Positions 1-7,870 are shown, counted from the stretch's first letter. The stretch: 64,000 bases of DNA from Rhodospirillaceae bacterium (GCA_018649725.1 JABIHH010000087.1:18550-82549), one strand, 5' to 3'. Made by a program: numbers and translations. The notes: generated by a model from the letters alone, not told the origin.

Positions 1-374
1 GCAGCCTTGGCAAGTAATTCGGGGACGATAGTTGAGTAGACTTCCATATTGTCTTTAATGACATAAAAAGTAACGCCAAGCGCCATTGCCTCGGCAGCAA
101 CAGCCTCGCTGCCCCTGGCCGATAGAAAAACGATGGCCGCATTTGGGTTCTTACTGAGGATTTCTTCCGCGACTTCGAGCCCGTCAATATCCGGCAAACG
201 ATAGTCCAAAAGCACCGCATCAAAATCACCATCGCGGTACATTTCCAGGCCTAATTTACCCGTATCCGCAATTGCGACTTCATAGCCCTGGTCATTCAAT
301 ATAACGCGGCAAAGCTCTGCGGCTTCGGCATCATCTTCAACATATAAAATCTTTGAGGTTTTAATATTTCGCAT
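1..374 (-). CDS. Response regulator receiver (REC) domain protein; 3' end runs off the window
   Basis: Not in the ORF track because it is open at the window edge. Manual reverse translation from ATG at 372-374 gives MRNIKTSKILYVEDDAEAAELCRVILNDQGYEVAIADTGKLGLEMYRDGDFDAVLLDYRLPDIDGLEV...FYVIK. It has the DD acidic pair, the phospho-acceptor D in LLDYRLPD and the conserved K. Confidence 0.8.
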   Translation of the reverse strand, partial: MRNIKTSKILYVEDDAEAAELCRVILNDQGYEVAIADTGKLGLEMYRDGDFDAVLLDYRLPDIDGLEVAEEILSKNPNAAIVFLSARGSEAVAAEAMALGVTFYVIKDNMEVYSTIVPELLAKA

Positions 375-490
375 TTTATTCTTCGATCAATTTGCTCCTC
401 CGCCAATCGGCGCAGGAAGCATTGGTCTATAGGTGGTAATTAAGTGGGTGAATCCCAAGAAAAAAGAACTCTAATTCATCTATATAAATG

Positions 491-520
491 AAAAAGATGC
501 CGTCCTCAAATGAGAACGGC
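491..520 (-). terminator. Intrinsic-terminator-like hairpin with U-tract, not preceded by any ORF on its strand
   Basis: Minus-strand RNA reads GCCGUUCUCA-UUU-GAGGACGGC followed by AUCUUUUUCAUUU. The single non-Watson-Crick pair is G-U on the minus strand but C-A on the plus strand. Confidence 0.45.
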
Positions 521-600
521 GCAAGTTTAACAGGGAGGTGTTACAGGTCTTCACGTAAGCAAAGGGAACCTGTAACGCCTTACCAAGTAACACAGGCCTG

Positions 601-616
601 TTAAAACTTCGTTAAC
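601..616. promoter_or_regulatory. CtrA-type box TTAA-N7-TTAAC
   Basis: Exact TTAAaacttcgTTAAC in the divergent intergenic region between the REC gene (start 374) and the hemerythrin gene (start 740). Confidence 0.4.
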
Positions 617-739
617 ACTTTCGTGCTTCGCACCCAAATTGACTGCAGTTAAGGCGGTGAATGGCAAATATATGTAGCCCTTATGACAAGACAAATTACC
701 CCCTTAAAATAAAACAAATTCAACCGGACCTTAATTAAT

Positions 740-1129
740 ATGGCTCAACTGCAGTGGAAAGAGGAATTCAGTGTCGGCGACGCCGTTTTTGACGCTGATC
801 ACCAAAACCTAATCTCTCTTATCAACAGATTATCTGATGCAAATAGCAGCGAAGATGATATTCAGTGGGTCCTGCAGCAGCTTGAAATCTATGTACAGGT
901 CCATTTCAGTCGCGAAGAAATGGCCATGAAAGAAGCTGACTACCCCAGCCTAGGTGAACACAAGCTGGAACATGATAACTTCACTACGTGGTTGGGAAAC
1001 TTAAAATCGACTTTTGGGTCAGAGCCTGACTCTGCTTTTCATCTCACTGAAACGATCGCCGAGTTTCTAAATGAATGGCTGACAAAACATATTCTCCATA
1101 CGGATATGCAATATAAGAATAAAATCTAA
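740..1129 (+). CDS. Bacteriohemerythrin-like metal-binding protein
   Basis: 129 aa with the hemerythrin His/Glu/Asp ligand pattern: DADHQNL, HFSREE, HKLEHDNF, HILHTD. Confidence 0.85.
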   Translation: MAQLQWKEEFSVGDAVFDADHQNLISLINRLSDANSSEDDIQWVLQQLEIYVQVHFSREEMAMKEADYPSLGEHKLEHDNFTTWLGNLKSTFGSEPDSAFHLTETIAEFLNEWLTKHILHTDMQYKNKI

Positions 1130-1137
1130 ACAGGATT

Positions 1138-1317
1138 TTACTTGAAAACGCTCTCAGCCCCCTGGCGCGCTTCTTTCTTCGTTTCAATCTCTGTTTCTAC
1201 ACGCTTTATTTCGAGTTGGAGTTCGTCGATATACTCACCAAGTGCCTCGATTGACATAACTTCCAGATCTCTAATCTCAACTTTTTTTACGATTGGTTCT
1301 AGATCATCGGTATCCAT
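1138..1317 (-). CDS. DUF1192-family small coiled-coil protein
   Basis: 59-aa ORF below the ORF-track cutoff, translated manually: MDTDDLEPIVKKVEIRDLEVMSIEALGEYIDELQLEIKRVETEIETKKEARQGAESVFK. The LSxxEL..EI.R...E pattern is typical of DUF1192. The listed plus-strand ORF 1142-1372 is its shadow. Confidence 0.7.
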   Translation of the reverse strand: MDTDDLEPIVKKVEIRDLEVMSIEALGEYIDELQLEIKRVETEIETKKEARQGAESVFK

Positions 1318-1533
1318 AACCAGCCTCCTCGCCCGATTGATATCGCCTCATCTGGCAAATTCTTCATCATAGAGCCAAAATAACAACCATTTTTAGCGAT
1401 TATTTTACAATTTTTTTCATTGCATGGTTTGACGCGGCATTAAGGCAAGCCTATATTCCCGGACATGCACTTGGGTTTTACAGCTTAAGCAACCCGAACA
1501 ACCCCCGCAACTTTGAATATAGGGAAATGGAAG

Positions 1534-2370
1534 ATGGCGACGCCACTTATGCCGAAGGCAACTGCCGTTTGGCTTGTTGATAATACAGCACTTACGTTTG
1601 ATCAGATTGCAGATTTTTGCGGCCTGCATAACCTTGAGGTGCAAGCAATTGCTGATGGTGAAGTAGCACCCGGAATGCAGGGGCTCGACCCGACAGCGAA
1701 CGGTCAATTAAACAAAGAAGAAATTGTTCGCTGTGAAGCTGATACAGCAGGCCGTATGGATATGGCAAAGCCTACCGTACCGATGCCAAAGGTTCGGCAA
1801 AAAGGTGCGCGCTATACCCCTATTTCCAAACGCCAGGATCGTCCCGATGCGATTGCCTGGTTACTGCGGAGTTATCCGGAACTGAGCGACGCCCAAATCA
1901 GCCGTTTGATTGGCACAACCAAGCCGACCATTAATGCTATTCGCGATAAAACCCACCGTAATTCTGCGACCATTAAGCCGCAGAGTCCGGTTTATCTCGG
2001 TCTTTGTGCGGCGCCTGATCTGGAAAAAATGATCGCCATCGCTCGCGCCCGTGCCGGCACGACCCACACGCCGGCCCAACCATTGCCACCGATCGCCGCA
2101 TCGGAGCCTGCCCACGAAATGGCACCAATGCCTGAACGGCCTGCCCTTCAGCCGGAAGCCGCACCGACGGCCGAAGATGTGTTTGGCAGTGCCACAGCAC
2201 CAAGCACAAAAGAAGAAGAGCCTCAAATCAGCAGTGCAGATGTGTTTGGCCCTGCCCCGAGCTCAAGTGACGTGGAAGCTGAAGAAAGCCCAGAAAAAAG
2301 CCCAGAAGAAAGTACAGAAGAAAGTACAGGCGACACCCAAGAAGCAACGCCCGACACTACCAAAGACTAG
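1534..2370 (+). CDS. DUF1013 protein (TrcR-like cell-cycle regulator family) with a long acidic Pro/Ser-rich tail
   Basis: MATPLMPKATAVWLVDNTALTFDQIADFCGLHNLEVQAIADGEV...YTPISKRQDRPDAIAWLL...GTTKPTINAIRDKTHRN matches the DUF1013 core. Start trimmed to ATG 1534 (M8 of the ORF-track entry). Confidence 0.75.
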   Translation: MATPLMPKATAVWLVDNTALTFDQIADFCGLHNLEVQAIADGEVAPGMQGLDPTANGQLNKEEIVRCEADTAGRMDMAKPTVPMPKVRQKGARYTPISKRQDRPDAIAWLLRSYPELSDAQISRLIGTTKPTINAIRDKTHRNSATIKPQSPVYLGLCAAPDLEKMIAIARARAGTTHTPAQPLPPIAASEPAHEMAPMPERPALQPEAAPTAEDVFGSATAPSTKEEEPQISSADVFGPAPSSSDVEAEESPEKSPEESTEESTGDTQEATPDTTKD

Positions 2371-2438
2371 CGCACGCATCCCTCCTTAAATCTAGGATCG
2401 GGTAATATTGCTTAGTTAATTTTGGTGTTCGGCGCTCT

Positions 2439-2606
2439 TCAGAGCGCGTTCATACTTGCGAGTTCATCTTTAATTCGAAGTTTTTGCCGTTTCAGATCGG
2501 CGACGATGACTTCGTCAGGTTGAGGGTGTTTGTTTTCAAGTACGATTTCTTCTTCAAGGCCGGTATGCTTAGTTTTAAGCATTGAGACGCGATCTTGCTC
2601 GTTCAT
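2439..2606 (-). CDS. DUF465 (YdcH-like) small protein
   Basis: 55-aa ORF translated manually: MNEQDRVSMLKTKHTGLEEEIVLENKHPQPDEVIVADLKRQKLRIKDELASMNAL, which carries the DUF465 signature H..L...I......P..D...I..LK..KL..KDE. Confidence 0.7.
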   Translation of the reverse strand: MNEQDRVSMLKTKHTGLEEEIVLENKHPQPDEVIVADLKRQKLRIKDELASMNAL

Positions 2607-2763
2607 AGATAAATCTCCATCTAATTCAAAGCACCTAACTAGATAAAGCTAGTCCTATCTGGATAAAAAATCTAGGGGGCAAAGCCCAAAAACTTACGAG
2701 AATTGATGGCAAAACACCCACGTTTTCCACGACATAATCATTTAGGACTTTAAAATCAAAAGC

Positions 2764-3306
2764 TTATGATGAAACTGCTGCCGCTGATTCTTGGCCAATA
2801 AATTGAATTAATTTTTGGTCCTTTTCAGAAAGGTCGCCATAAACCATCCGAATATAATTATTCAAATTAGATTCGGCATTTTGCGCCCTTACTTGAGGGC
2901 TCAACGATGAGGCGGGGAATGCATTTTGACCGGATTGATAGAGCACCCACTGTTCAATCTGCTCGCCTTCAAGCTCACAGTTTTTGATTGCCTGGCGAAG
3001 CTGTTCTGAAAGTTCTCCAAGACTAATCGCTTCCATATGTTTCATATCCCGCCTGATCTGGCGCAAGCTTTGAACCACGCCGATTTGCCAGGGCTCAATC
3101 ACGGCAATAATCTCCGCCAATTCGGCCGGCTCTATTTCGCCGGCCCCTTCGGCAGCGATCCAACAGCAATAGAGCAAGATATTTACATCTGCGCCGATTT
3201 CATCTTGCAGCGAAAGAAACGCCTCCGCCACACCTTCCCGGCCATAGAATTCGAGCGAAAAATCCCAAAACGGGTTCTTGGCGGGAGTTGGTGAAGAGAT
3301 GTTCAT
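2764..3306 (-). CDS. TIGR02444/DUF2390-family conserved hypothetical protein
   Basis: NPFWDFSLEFYGREGVAEAFLSLQDEIGADVNILLYCCWIAAEG...EPWQIGVVQSLRQIRRDMK matches the family pattern as I recall it. Confidence 0.6.
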   Translation of the reverse strand: MNISSPTPAKNPFWDFSLEFYGREGVAEAFLSLQDEIGADVNILLYCCWIAAEGAGEIEPAELAEIIAVIEPWQIGVVQSLRQIRRDMKHMEAISLGELSEQLRQAIKNCELEGEQIEQWVLYQSGQNAFPASSLSPQVRAQNAESNLNNYIRMVYGDLSEKDQKLIQFIGQESAAAVSS

Positions 3307-3315
3307 TTGTGTTCC

Positions 3316-4410
3316 TCAATCACCCAGCGAAATGCCGAGACCACGTGCTGTCTGAACCAGGGTGTCAGTAACATCAACATTACGAATCCGCGAGGTGACT
3401 TCATCCAAGGGCAGATCCACCACTTGGCGGTGTTGCCAGGCGACCATGCGCGCACTCTCTCCTTTGGCCAGCAAATCGACAGCCCTGACACCAAAGGCCG
3501 AGGCAATGATACGGTCATGGCTGCTGGGAGTTCCGCCCCGTTGAATGTGACCCAAGACCGTGACACGGGTTTCGGCCCCGGTAGCTTGCGTAATCTGCTC
3601 GCCTAATTCATGGCCGATACCGCCATAGTGTTTTTTGCCATCACTGCTCTCGCTCATGACTTTTTTACCATTAGCCGGATGAGCAGCTTCCGAGCAGACC
3701 ACGAGTGCATGGTCGCGGCCTTGATCATGTAACGTCTTGATCTTGGCGGCAATCGGCTCAATTCGGTAGGGAATTTCAGGGATCAAGATAACATCCGCGC
3801 CACCACCTATGCCGGCGTTCAAGGCAATATGTCCGGCATCACGACCCATTACTTCCAGGATCATCACCCGCTCGTGGCTGGCCGCTGTCGGCTGCAAGCG
3901 GTCCAATGCTTCAACAGCCGTGTTGACCGCTGTCGAAAATCCAACCGCAAACTCAGTGAGAGGTACGTCGTTATCAATTGTTTTCGGCACGCCAATAAAA
4001 TCAATTCCAGCCAACTTGGTAAGTCGACTCAAGATATCGAGACTACCGTCACCGCCAATACCGATCAGCCCGTCCAAACCGAGTTCCTTAAAACCGGCGG
4101 CAAATTCAGCTGAGCGATCTTTCCTGGAACCATCGGGCATCGGAAAATCAAATGGATCACCTTTATTTGTCGTGCCGAGAATTGTCCCGCCCAACCGCAA
4201 TATGTTGCCGGTGAACAATCTGAGGCTAAGTTCTTCAAATCTCGGCGGCGAAGCCATTAAGCCGTGCGTGCCGTCATTGATCCCTAAGACGCGCCAACCA
4301 TAGCCTTCGATAGCACGATGAACCACCGCCCGGATGACAGCATTTAGGCCGGCACAATCCCCGCCGCTGGTCAAAACACCGATTGTCTTATGTGTCTTTT
4401 GGTCTGACAT
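3316..4410 (-). CDS. pfk: 6-phosphofructokinase (phosphoryl donor not assignable)
   Basis: Motifs GVLTSGGDCAGLNAVIR, GIGGDGS, PKTIDND and MGR. The ORF-track start 4431 is TTG. ATG at 4410 (MSDQKTHKTIGVL) with AGGA upstream is preferred. Confidence 0.9.
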   Translation of the reverse strand: MSDQKTHKTIGVLTSGGDCAGLNAVIRAVVHRAIEGYGWRVLGINDGTHGLMASPPRFEELSLRLFTGNILRLGGTILGTTNKGDPFDFPMPDGSRKDRSAEFAAGFKELGLDGLIGIGGDGSLDILSRLTKLAGIDFIGVPKTIDNDVPLTEFAVGFSTAVNTAVEALDRLQPTAASHERVMILEVMGRDAGHIALNAGIGGGADVILIPEIPYRIEPIAAKIKTLHDQGRDHALVVCSEAAHPANGKKVMSESSDGKKHYGGIGHELGEQITQATGAETRVTVLGHIQRGGTPSSHDRIIASAFGVRAVDLLAKGESARMVAWQHRQVVDLPLDEVTSRIRNVDVTDTLVQTARGLGISLGD

Positions 4411-4524
4411 GTTTTCTAAATCCTGGTTCAAATTTTATCGAATTAACGATTGAGAATTTAAGAACGAATCAATTTTCCAATTTTGTCCGCTTTTTTGATA
4501 TTGTAAAGCAGGACCAATCTAATT

Positions 4525-4749
4525 GTGTCAAATTATGCCGAGAAAAATGTCATGGGCAATGATGAATACGCAAATAAGATCAAGGAGTTGATAGACCGAC
4601 ACCGACAGCTCGACATCGAGGCGGAGCAACTCGCTGAGGCCCCCAATTTCGACCAGATTAAACTCCAACGGATCAAAAAAGAGAAATTAGCGCTTAAAGA
4701 TCAGATTGCCCAGTTAAGTGCCAACCAATTTCCTGACATCATCGCATAG
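4525..4749 (+). CDS. DUF465 (YdcH-like) small protein, second copy
   Basis: IKELIDRHRQLDIEAEQLAEAPNFDQIKLQRIKKEKLALKDQIAQL. The start is ambiguous: GTG 4525 or ATG 4552. Confidence 0.6.
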   Translation: MSNYAEKNVMGNDEYANKIKELIDRHRQLDIEAEQLAEAPNFDQIKLQRIKKEKLALKDQIAQLSANQFPDIIA

Positions 4750-4752
4750 AAA

Positions 4753-5508
4753 TTAAAGTGTTTTTCGCGCCTCTTCACTGGCCGCCAAAATCATCTGATC
4801 GGGAGCAGCATTGGCAAGGATTTCATAAAACCCCCAGCAAGATTGAACAGCATATTCATTTTCCTCAACAACAAAGGGAGATTTCTCCAGCAAATTTGTT
4901 AAATCATCAGCCTTGGTTTTTACGGCTTCCATTTGATAGAGATTTAATATCACACCGAACTCGCCGTAATCCAATGCGCCCACCACGTCGACCTCTTCGA
5001 GAAAGTTGTTAATAATTTCCACCGCATGAAGCAAAAAGCCATCGCGTAGCCCGAGGCCTTCCTTGTGCCAAAGCTCATCGACGCCAATTAATTTTAAAAA
5101 CAGAAGAAAACTCGGCTCTTTGGTTCGCTCAACATGCTCAGCGGCGTGGATCAAATATTGCGAGAACGCGTGATGACTAACGACCGGCAGTATTTCGTGA
5201 TGATCGAGCGCTTCAATTAAAAACGCTTCATGCTTTTTGGTCGTCTCCAATTCCCACCGCAGCGAATCCATTTCGTGCATGATAAGCGTCATCGCTTCAT
5301 GGACGCGGGGCGTGATCTCTTCGATCGGGATTCCCATGACGTAAGCAGTATCTTTAATTTGCTTGGACGTCCGGGAGGCTGGCTTTTGCCCCTGTTTTTG
5401 AAGCGCAAGGCGTTGATAATAGGGGCTCGTATGATGGCCACCGGATTGGCTGTTTGTGTCCAATTCCTGAATGCGCGTTAGATCTGAAATATCGGCAAAA
5501 TCAGCCAT
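4753..5508 (-). CDS. Degenerate GGDEF-domain protein (probably non-catalytic)
   Basis: Coiled-coil N-terminus, then a GGDEF-fold alignment: PVVSHHAFSQYL..., SFLLFLKLIGVDELWHKEGLGLRDGFLLHAV..., VVGALDYGEFGVIL. The signature GGDEF is replaced by DYGEF. Confidence 0.6.
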   Translation of the reverse strand: MADFADISDLTRIQELDTNSQSGGHHTSPYYQRLALQKQGQKPASRTSKQIKDTAYVMGIPIEEITPRVHEAMTLIMHEMDSLRWELETTKKHEAFLIEALDHHEILPVVSHHAFSQYLIHAAEHVERTKEPSFLLFLKLIGVDELWHKEGLGLRDGFLLHAVEIINNFLEEVDVVGALDYGEFGVILNLYQMEAVKTKADDLTNLLEKSPFVVEENEYAVQSCWGFYEILANAAPDQMILAASEEARKTL

Positions 5509-5659
5509 ACCACCTTCCCCGTTTGAGCCGACTCAATCAGGGCCAGCAAACTAAACTAGCACTATCGCTTGATCAGGTAAATTTTGCTTCCACTGTGTAT
5601 ACGGAAAGGCGCGTCGCTAACTTTCTTTAAACATGAACAAAATTTAATCTGGCAATACC

Positions 5660-5687
5660 TTGCACTGGTCAATTTGCCACTTATAAT
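5660..5687 (+). promoter_or_regulatory. Sigma70-like promoter candidate for purE
   Basis: TTGCAC (5660-5665), 16-nt spacer, TATAAT (5682-5687), about 45 nt upstream of the purE ATG. Confidence 0.45.
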
Positions 5688-5731
5688 GCCGCCTTCTTAA
5701 GCTGAAATGGCTGAAAAACTGGAGTTTATTG

Positions 5732-6223
5732 ATGGCTGAAGCGAATCCGATTGTTGGTATTATTATGGGCAGTCAGTCCGACTGGGCGACCATGAAGCAT
5801 ACTACTTTGACCCTCGAAAAACTTGGCATTGCCCATGAGGCGAAAATTATTTCAGCGCATCGAACACCTGATCGCTTAACCAAATATGCCGAATCAGCGC
5901 GCGAGCGTGGCTTGAAGGTATTGATCGCCGGCGCTGGCATGGCTGCCGCTCTACCGGGTGCTGCGGCGGCATTAACACCGCTACCTGTCCTCGGCGTCCC
6001 GATGGACGGCAAGGTCATGGGTGGTCTGGATGCTCTACTGGCCATGGCACAAATGCCGGGCGGTATTCCAGTTGGCACTTTGGCTGTCGGCAAAGCAGGC
6101 GCGGTCAATGCGGCAGTGCTTGCCGCCAGCATTATCGCTCTCAGTGATCAAGATGTTGCCGATGCATTGGATAAATTTAGAGCCGACCAAACCGCAGGCG
6201 TTGCCGAAGACCCCGTAGATTAA
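5732..6223 (+). CDS. purE: N5-carboxyaminoimidazole ribonucleotide mutase
   Basis: [17 protein letters not shown]...[13 protein letters not shown]...[12 protein letters not shown]...LPVLGVP. No purK follows it. Confidence 0.92.
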   Translation: MAEANPIVGIIMGSQSDWATMKHTTLTLEKLGIAHEAKIISAHRTPDRLTKYAESARERGLKVLIAGAGMAAALPGAAAALTPLPVLGVPMDGKVMGGLDALLAMAQMPGGIPVGTLAVGKAGAVNAAVLAASIIALSDQDVADALDKFRADQTAGVAEDPVD

Positions 6224-6858
6224 AACGCGGGTCGTTTAAATCGACGCAGCGGGCGTGTGAGCCGCTCTAACCGCTTGGTTATTTTGCTTTGAAGTTTTGG
6301 GATTTGCAGCACTTCATTGATGCGGCGCGCTAGGAAAGCATCCGTCTCAACAAAATCATCCGAATTGTCCGACAGCCAATAGAGGATCGTCGAGCCATAG
6401 ACACCGGCGAGCAATCCGCGCTTGGTATAATAATTAAAATCGGTTGCCGTATCCCCAGCGGCGTACCAAATGGCATCCACCGTCTTCATGGTAATCCGCA
6501 GCCCGGTAAATTGATTGCCCGGCAAAGACAAATAGGTCAAAAGCCGACGGATCGCCTCTCTGTGCGGAGCCAATAGCATTAATCGTGTCCGAACGCCCGT
6601 AGCGATACGCTCCCGAATTGGCAATTTCTCGATGTTTAGCTTGGCCAACTCAGCCAGCATGGCACGGTCCATATAGTCGCCAAAATGTTTCGCAACATCA
6701 CGAATCCCGCCAGGGAATACCAGGCTTGCCTCTGGCGTATCCGGGCCCAGATCTTGGCAAGCGGCCGCCAGGGTGTCCTGGCTCCAACCATCAAACAGAA
6801 CATGCGGCAGCATCGCCATGAGGAGTTGGTCTTTGATATCGTTGGGATTACCGCTCAC
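6220..6858 (-). CDS. COQ9-like protein (rpsU-divergently-transcribed family)
   Basis: [19 protein letters not shown]...[26 protein letters not shown]...[26 protein letters not shown] start overlaps the def stop (GTGA). Confidence 0.75.
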   Translation of the reverse strand: MSGNPNDIKDQLLMAMLPHVLFDGWSQDTLAAACQDLGPDTPEASLVFPGGIRDVAKHFGDYMDRAMLAELAKLNIEKLPIRERIATGVRTRLMLLAPHREAIRRLLTYLSLPGNQFTGLRITMKTVDAIWYAAGDTATDFNYYTKRGLLAGVYGSTILYWLSDNSDDFVETDAFLARRINEVLQIPKLQSKITKRLERLTRPLRRFKRPAF

Positions 6859-7439
6859 TGAGCTTCCTCCATCACATGATCATCTATTTCCCGACCATGA
6901 CCTTTGCGCATCAAAGCGATATTTCGGTTGGTTTCCTCGACAAAGCCAAAAGTCGTAAAATCTGTCATCCGCATCGGATAGAGCTTGCCGTCCAAATGAT
7001 CGCATTCATGCTGCACGGCCCGGGCGTGGAATCCCTTGGCCTCACGCTCTTCGAGTTTACCTTCAAGCGATGTCCAAGAATATTTAATATGTGAGAAACG
7101 CTCAACCGCTCCCATCAAACCCGGCACCGACAAACAGGCCTCCCAATCGAGATTGGTCTCATCACTCAAGGGCTCAATGATCGGGTTAACCATAATCGTT
7201 AAATCCGTCGGCATATCCTCTTCATCTTCGCTTTCCCGGCCTTGCGGTACAAAGAATATAATGACACGTTTCGAGACATGAACTTGCGGTGCCGCCAGCC
7301 CAATACCGCCGGCATCATCCAGCGTTTCAAGCATGTCTTCGACCAGAACAGCGATTTCAACATCTGTCGGATCATCAACATTTTCAGCAACTTGATGCAA
7401 AACAGGATGTCCCATACGGGCAATTTTTAAGATAGCCAT
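6855..7439 (-). CDS. def: Peptide deformylase
   Basis: The three deformylase motifs are present: GIGLAAPQV, ACLSVPG, HECDHLDG. Confidence 0.92.
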   Translation of the reverse strand: MAILKIARMGHPVLHQVAENVDDPTDVEIAVLVEDMLETLDDAGGIGLAAPQVHVSKRVIIFFVPQGRESEDEEDMPTDLTIMVNPIIEPLSDETNLDWEACLSVPGLMGAVERFSHIKYSWTSLEGKLEEREAKGFHARAVQHECDHLDGKLYPMRMTDFTTFGFVEETNRNIALMRKGHGREIDDHVMEEAQ

Positions 7440-7605
7440 GAGAGGAATATGACCTAAAAAATACGGATATCCAACGATTTAGCGAAAAAAAGCTGATTTT
7501 TTGCTAAAAAATCCCGATTTTGAGGTTAGCCCCCCTTCCCAAGCCATAACTGGCGTGTTAGAAACCGCGACCTTAATGAATATTGCTACAGGAGTGAGCA
7601 AACCC

Positions 7606-7809
7606 GTGCACGTAACAGTCCGTGATAATAACGTCGACCAGGCCCTTAAGGCGCTGAAAAAGAAAATGCAGCGCGAAGGTGTTTTCCGGGAAATGAAACT
7701 ACGCCGTTCATACGAAAAGCCGTCTGAGCGCCGCGCCCGCGAAAAAGCAGAAGCCGTCCGTCGCGCTCGGAAGTTAGAACGCAAGCGTCTCGAACGCGAA
7801 GGCTTCTAG
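7606..7809 (+). CDS. rpsU: 30S ribosomal protein S21
   Basis: [50 protein letters not shown] at 7606 is preceded by GGAG at 7591-7594. The ORF-track N-terminal extension was rejected. Confidence 0.9.
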   Translation: MHVTVRDNNVDQALKALKKKMQREGVFREMKLRRSYEKPSERRAREKAEAVRRARKLERKRLEREGF

Positions 7810-7843
7810 AACTTCCCATTCAAAAATCGTTTTGAATAAGATC

Positions 7844-7870
7844 AAGGTCCGGCCTTTGCTGGACCTTTTA
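7844..7870 (+). terminator. Intrinsic terminator after rpsU
   Basis: AAGGTCC-10 nt-GGACCTT followed by TTTA. Confidence 0.55.

Noticed and set aside
639-652. TTGACtgcaGTTAA as an FNR/FixK site for the hemerythrin gene
   Set aside because: It has one mismatch in the right half-site. The hexamer at the class II distance (TAGCCC) is not -10-like. It is kept only as a remark under the CtrA-box finding.
1142-1372. 76-aa plus-strand ORF, plus the ORFs at 1417-1707, 1861-2226, 1973-2209 and 2051-2389
   Set aside because: These are shadows of the DUF1192 gene (opposite strand) and of the DUF1013 gene. Their translations are Ser/Arg/Cys-rich with no motifs.
2432-2447. GCGCTCT-TC-AGAGCGC inverted repeat as a terminator between the DUF1013 and DUF465 genes
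   Set aside because: A two-nucleotide loop is sterically poor and neither strand has a following U-tract. It also overlaps the DUF465 stop codon.
5509-5728. Purine/ZTP-type riboswitch upstream of purE
   Set aside because: I found no ZTP-like conserved segments such as CCGCCUGGGC. The good sigma70-like promoter leaves only a leader of about 35-45 nt.
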